From an uncultured Bacteroidales bacterium (GTDB taxonomy: Bacteria; Bacteroidota; Bacteroidia; Bacteroidales; VadinHA17): a DNA stretch of 64,000 nucleotides. Location of the stretch: NCBI GenBank assembly GCA_963789985.1, contig CAWBNA010000031.1:136043-200042 (forward strand). The letters are read 5' to 3'. Within the stretch, counting starts at the first letter, position 1, and each line of letters opens with the position of its first letter. A program made the translations under genes and the position numbers. Shown here one piece after another: positions 61,021 to 64,000 of the stretch. The notes beneath the pieces were generated by a model. The model worked only from the letters and a program-made list of their open reading frames with translations, was not told the DNA's origin and did not search any database.

Positions 61021-61140
61021 TTAACCACAGTGTGACACGGAGTTGAAATCGGAGCAACACGGAGTAAAACATTTGTTAAATCAACAAAACTCCGTGAGAC
61101 TCCGTAAAACTGTGCGCACTCCGTGGTAAATATGGTTTAA
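61021..61140. repeat. Word-array palindromic intergenic element, copy C (CACGGAG/CTCCGTG words), best-preserved copy
   Basis: The element starts TTAACC. Left arm: CACAGTG (61026-32), CACGGAG (61036-42), TCGGAG (61049-54), CACGGAG (61058-64). A 25-nt loop follows. Right arm: CTCCGTG (61090-96), CTCCGT (61100-05), CTGTG (61110-14), CTCCGTG (61119-25). It ends ...GGTTTAA (61134-40). Confidence 0.75.
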
Positions 61141-61152
61141 AACTTAAAAAAT

Positions 61153-62286
61153 ATGAAAAAAATAAGAATGGGGATGATAGGCGGCGGATTTGGTGCATTC
61201 ATCGGCGATGCTCACAGGTGCGCTTCCAGGATATGCAACGATTTTGAGCTTGTCGGCGGTATGTTTGACCCCGACCTTGAAAAGAATATGAAATTTGCAG
61301 CGGGGGAAGGAATAAGTCCTGACCGTTGCTACAGGGATGTTGACTCACTTATAAAATCAGAGCTTGCCCTTCCTGCTGACAAAAGAATTGAAGTGGTTTC
61401 AATTGTGACGCCGAACGCATTCCACTATCCCTATGCCAGGAGCCTCCTGAGTAACGGGTTCCATCTTGTATGCGAAAAGCCTATGACAATGACGGTAGAG
61501 GAAGCCCTCGACCTTGAAAGAACCGTAGCAGAAAAGAAACTCACCTTTGCACTGACCCACACCTATACGGGCTACCCGATGGTCCGCGAGATGCGTGAAC
61601 TGATATCGAAGGGCATCCTGGGTAACATACAAAGAATCGACGCACAGTACTACCAGGGTTGGATAAACTCCATCATATATGGAACGGAAAGCAGGATAAC
61701 CGGAGTCTGGAGACTCGATCCGAAAATGGCAGGGATCAGCAGCTGCATAGGTGACATAGGAGTTCATGCATTTAACCTTATCGAGTATACTACAGGACTG
61801 GAAATAAAAGAAATACTTTCGGACCTGAGCCCGGTAAAGGATGATGTCAAGCTTGACCTTGACGGTACAGTGCTTCTCAGGTTTGGAAAAAACCTTAAGG
61901 GCGTGATAAGGGCAAGCCAGGTATGCAGCGGTGAAGAGAACAACATCACAATTGCTGCTTATGGTTCAAAAGCCAGCCTCAAATGGGCACAGGAGAACCC
62001 GAATTACCTTTATTTGCTGAGCGATACAGAACCGACACGGATTTACAAGCCGGCCCACGGTTACAACGGAAAGCTTGCGGAAAGCGGACATACAATGCCG
62101 GCCGGACATCCTGAAGGTATCTACGAGGCCCTGGCAAATATATACAAGGGAGCAGCAAAATCCATCAGAGGTGAAGTTTTCGATCCGGGCGAGTTCCCGA
62201 CTGTTCATGACGGAGTAAGAGGAATGAAATTCATTCATTCCGTCGTGGAATCGAACAGGAAAGGAAACGTGTGGGTCAAGATTTAA
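61153..62286 (+). CDS. Gfo/Idh/MocA-family NAD(P)-dependent oxidoreductase
   Basis: 377-aa ORF with an N-terminal Rossmann motif (IRMGMIGGGFGAFIG) and the EKP motif (VCEKPM). Confidence 0.85.
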   Translation: MKKIRMGMIGGGFGAFIGDAHRCASRICNDFELVGGMFDPDLEKNMKFAAGEGISPDRCYRDVDSLIKSELALPADKRIEVVSIVTPNAFHYPYARSLLSNGFHLVCEKPMTMTVEEALDLERTVAEKKLTFALTHTYTGYPMVREMRELISKGILGNIQRIDAQYYQGWINSIIYGTESRITGVWRLDPKMAGISSCIGDIGVHAFNLIEYTTGLEIKEILSDLSPVKDDVKLDLDGTVLLRFGKNLKGVIRASQVCSGEENNITIAAYGSKASLKWAQENPNYLYLLSDTEPTRIYKPAHGYNGKLAESGHTMPAGHPEGIYEALANIYKGAAKSIRGEVFDPGEFPTVHDGVRGMKFIHSVVESNRKGNVWVKI

Positions 62287-62292
62287 AGAATA

Positions 62293-62388
62293 TTAACTCT
62301 GTGGAACTCTTTGCCTTCTCTGTGGCCCTCTGTGAAATTTTTTGGGTTTCACAGAGAGACACAGAAGGTATGCAGAGAAACACGGAGG
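62293..62388. repeat. Word-array palindromic intergenic element, copy D (CTCTGTG/CACAGAG words, opposite arm polarity)
   Basis: The element starts TTAAC. Left arm: CTCTGTG (62297), CTCTTTG (62307), CTCTGTG (62318), CTCTGTG (62328). A 15-nt loop follows. Right arm: CACAGAG (62350), CACAGAAG (62360), GCAGAG (62372), CACGGAG (62381). Spacing is 10-11-10 in both arms. A T-rich run follows at 62389-62406. Confidence 0.75.
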
Positions 62389-62391
62389 TTT

Positions 62392-62655
62392 TTATTTTTT
62401 CTTTTTCCGGACGAGTAAATATCCTGCTCCGGCAACAATAACCACTGCGACGACAACAATAGCAACGGTTGTTCCGCCTGATTTTTTACTCTGTTTTTCA
62501 TCCTCAGTTGAATAATATTTCTCCGGCTTTGCATAGGTATCCATGTTCACCGTATCTTTCTGCGGAGTTGGCTGCTGATTCTGAGCGCTGACCAGTGCCA
62601 GGCCACCCATTGAAAGAAGAACAACAACCGAGAATGTCATTAATGCTTTTTTCAT
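62392..62655 (-). CDS. Small secreted/membrane-anchored hypothetical protein
   Basis: 87-aa ORF. It has a signal peptide (MKKALMTFSVVVLLSMGGLALVSAQ), a ~45-aa hydrophilic Q/K/E/T-rich region, and a C-terminal SGG-TM-RKKKK tail. Confidence 0.5.
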   Translation of the reverse strand: MKKALMTFSVVVLLSMGGLALVSAQNQQPTPQKDTVNMDTYAKPEKYYSTEDEKQSKKSGGTTVAIVVVAVVIVAGAGYLLVRKKKK

Positions 62656-62671
62656 CTTATTCCCTGTTTAA

Positions 62672-64000
62672 TTACTGTTTAATTTTATTTGCAAGTTCAT
62701 CATATTTTCGTGCAACCTCGGGATCAGAAATCCTGTAAGTATCAGCGAGAGCAGTAATTGCCGGTTTATACCGCGGATTTACCTTCAGGCACTCCCTCAG
62801 AAGGCTTCTTGCCTTCATCCTGTCGGCTGGCTCAAGCAACCTCGATAATTTCACATAGGCTTCAAAGTATTTGCGGTTTATCCCTAAAACCTGTTCATAG
62901 TAAGTTATAGCCTCTGTTTTCGAATCCCTTTCAGCCGCAATGTTTCCAAGAAACATCAAAACCGGCTCTGACTCAGGGTACAGCTTAAGTCCCTCTTTCA
63001 GGATGGAATCAGCTGCTGCAGTCTGCCCATTCTTCAAAAGGGCACCGGCAAAATTAAAAAAAATCATTTCGTCTGTACAATTTTCTTTTAAGGCTTTCGT
63101 GTAAAAATCTATTGACTCTCCGATCCTCCCGTCCCTCAACGCTTTATAACCATTGTAATCGTTTTTTGATTTTCTTTCAAGAATTGTACAGATCGGCACC
63201 GAATCAGCAAAAACTGTGTGAATAGCATTTGGCGGAGGCCATTTTCTTTCTCTCAACTGATTAACCGGGATATACCTGTTGGTAATAATGGCATAGTCCC
63301 AGTCAAAGGTGCTTCGCTCCTCATTTCTCATATAAAACGTTTTGATTTCCGGGTTTTTCCTGAACTGCCACTCAACTGAATAGGTCGCTCCTACTTTTAT
63401 ATTGCCTGTCACTCCTTTTTCCTTCAGATATTTGATAAGCCAACCTGAAGCTTCGGTCTGGCCTGTATAATAATAGTCAGTTTCATAATTTCCGTACGCA
63501 CCTTTTAATCCGCCGACCAGCTGATTATAGTACATATAGGAATATACGGGATTTCTTGCCATAAAGCTTATCGGATGAACGGCGATCAACGCCATTGCAA
63601 GGAGAAGAAGCAGCTTCAGGTATCTCCTTTTCATAAGTTCAATCAGGTAATTGAATCCTGCTGAGGCAACAATAATTATTGGCGGATAAACAAAAAGAAA
63701 CTGCCGCCAGGAGCTATACAGGTTTGATTTCCCTGCTATTGCAATCAAAACCGGGAAAATGAAAGTAAAAACCACAAGCAGGTAACAAAGAGACTTACCG
63801 GAGGACAAAATTCTCTTAGGGAAAAGAAAAAAGACTGCCACGCCTCCAAGTACCAGAACCGGGATAGTGATAATCATGGATTTTAGCAGGTAATACCATG
63901 GCATAAAGTCGGACCATTCAGATCTTCCTTCAAATATCTGCCTGAATGTATCAGGGTAATGTGCCATCACCCGAAGCGATTCCAAAACATTCCTGAATGG
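62672..64000 (-). CDS. C-terminal part of a membrane glycosyltransferase-like (GT39/ArnT/PMT_2-type) protein with TPR repeats; 5' end lies outside the window
   Basis: The reading frame stays open to the window edge; the track start at 63985 is a TTG. Several TM helices are followed by a periplasmic domain and 3-4 TPR-like repeats (YYEQVLGINRKYFEAYVKLSRLL...). Confidence 0.55.
   Translation of the reverse strand, partial: PFRNVLESLRVMAHYPDTFRQIFEGRSEWSDFMPWYYLLKSMIITIPVLVLGGVAVFFLFPKRILSSGKSLCYLLVVFTFIFPVLIAIAGKSNLYSSWRQFLFVYPPIIIVASAGFNYLIELMKRRYLKLLLLLAMALIAVHPISFMARNPVYSYMYYNQLVGGLKGAYGNYETDYYYTGQTEASGWLIKYLKEKGVTGNIKVGATYSVEWQFRKNPEIKTFYMRNEERSTFDWDYAIITNRYIPVNQLRERKWPPPNAIHTVFADSVPICTILERKSKNDYNGYKALRDGRIGESIDFYTKALKENCTDEMIFFNFAGALLKNGQTAAADSILKEGLKLYPESEPVLMFLGNIAAERDSKTEAITYYEQVLGINRKYFEAYVKLSRLLEPADRMKARSLLRECLKVNPRYKPAITALADTYRISDPEVARKYDELANKIKQ

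Noticed and set aside
61021-62388. Could the tandem short repeats in the intergenic elements be a CRISPR array?
   Set aside because: The units are only 10-12 nt and are contiguous, with no unique spacers. They are arranged as two inverted arms, and no cas genes are present in the window.

Overview
This 64-kb window looks like Bacteroidota (probably Bacteroidales-like) chromosome, and most of it is core genome. All protein calls rest on by-eye motif recognition and nothing was searched.

**Core block (about 34.5-49.5 kb, all on the minus strand).** Gene order is rpsU, a xerC/D-like recombinase, hpf, tRNA-Thr(TGT), tRNA-Tyr, tRNA-Gly, tRNA-Thr(GGT), tuf, tRNA-Trp, secE, nusG, rplK, rplA, rplJ, rplL, rpoB, rpoC and a DUF3467 gene.

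**Flanking genes.**
- A glycan-related cluster: GH29 fucosidase, HEAT/DUF1080 protein, Y_Y_Y/LytS-type kinase with a LytTR regulator, and an MFS transporter with a ROK kinase.
- Malic enzyme and an NfeD/SPFH pair.
- A glycyl-radical enzyme that strongly resembles trans-4-hydroxy-L-proline dehydratase, with its activase.
- A 7TMR-DISM histidine kinase and an M28 peptidase.
- A 1415-aa fusion of two BcrAD/BadFG-type ATPases with a Cys-rich dehydratase-like domain.
- pdxB, and the maf/UbiA-type prenyltransferase/kdsC/DUF2520 operon.
- A lipidated Omp85 (TamL-like), ubiE with a PorT-like gene, and several oxidoreductases.

I found no rRNA, CRISPR array, transposase or obvious prophage or island.

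**Most interesting signal: it is non-coding.** At least seven intergenic copies of a roughly 90-125-nt interrupted palindrome are present.
- Each arm is a tandem array of 10-11-nt words, often bounded by TTAACC/GGTTAA.
- The 7-mer word differs between copies (CACGGAG, CACAGAG, CGCAAAG, CACAAAG).
- Within a copy the word is homogeneous, and it is matched by its reverse complement in the other arm.
- Several copies are followed by T-runs, so they look like oversized intrinsic terminators or attenuators. One of these sits between the glycyl-radical activase and its enzyme.

**Secondary observations.**
- The activase lacks the usual auxiliary Fe-S insert.
- A decayed Crp/Fnr-type gene lies in an intergenic region.
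- An orphan terminator-like hairpin may mark a small RNA.
- There is a cluster of hairpins in a 548-bp spacer.
- One lipoprotein has an internally duplicated domain.
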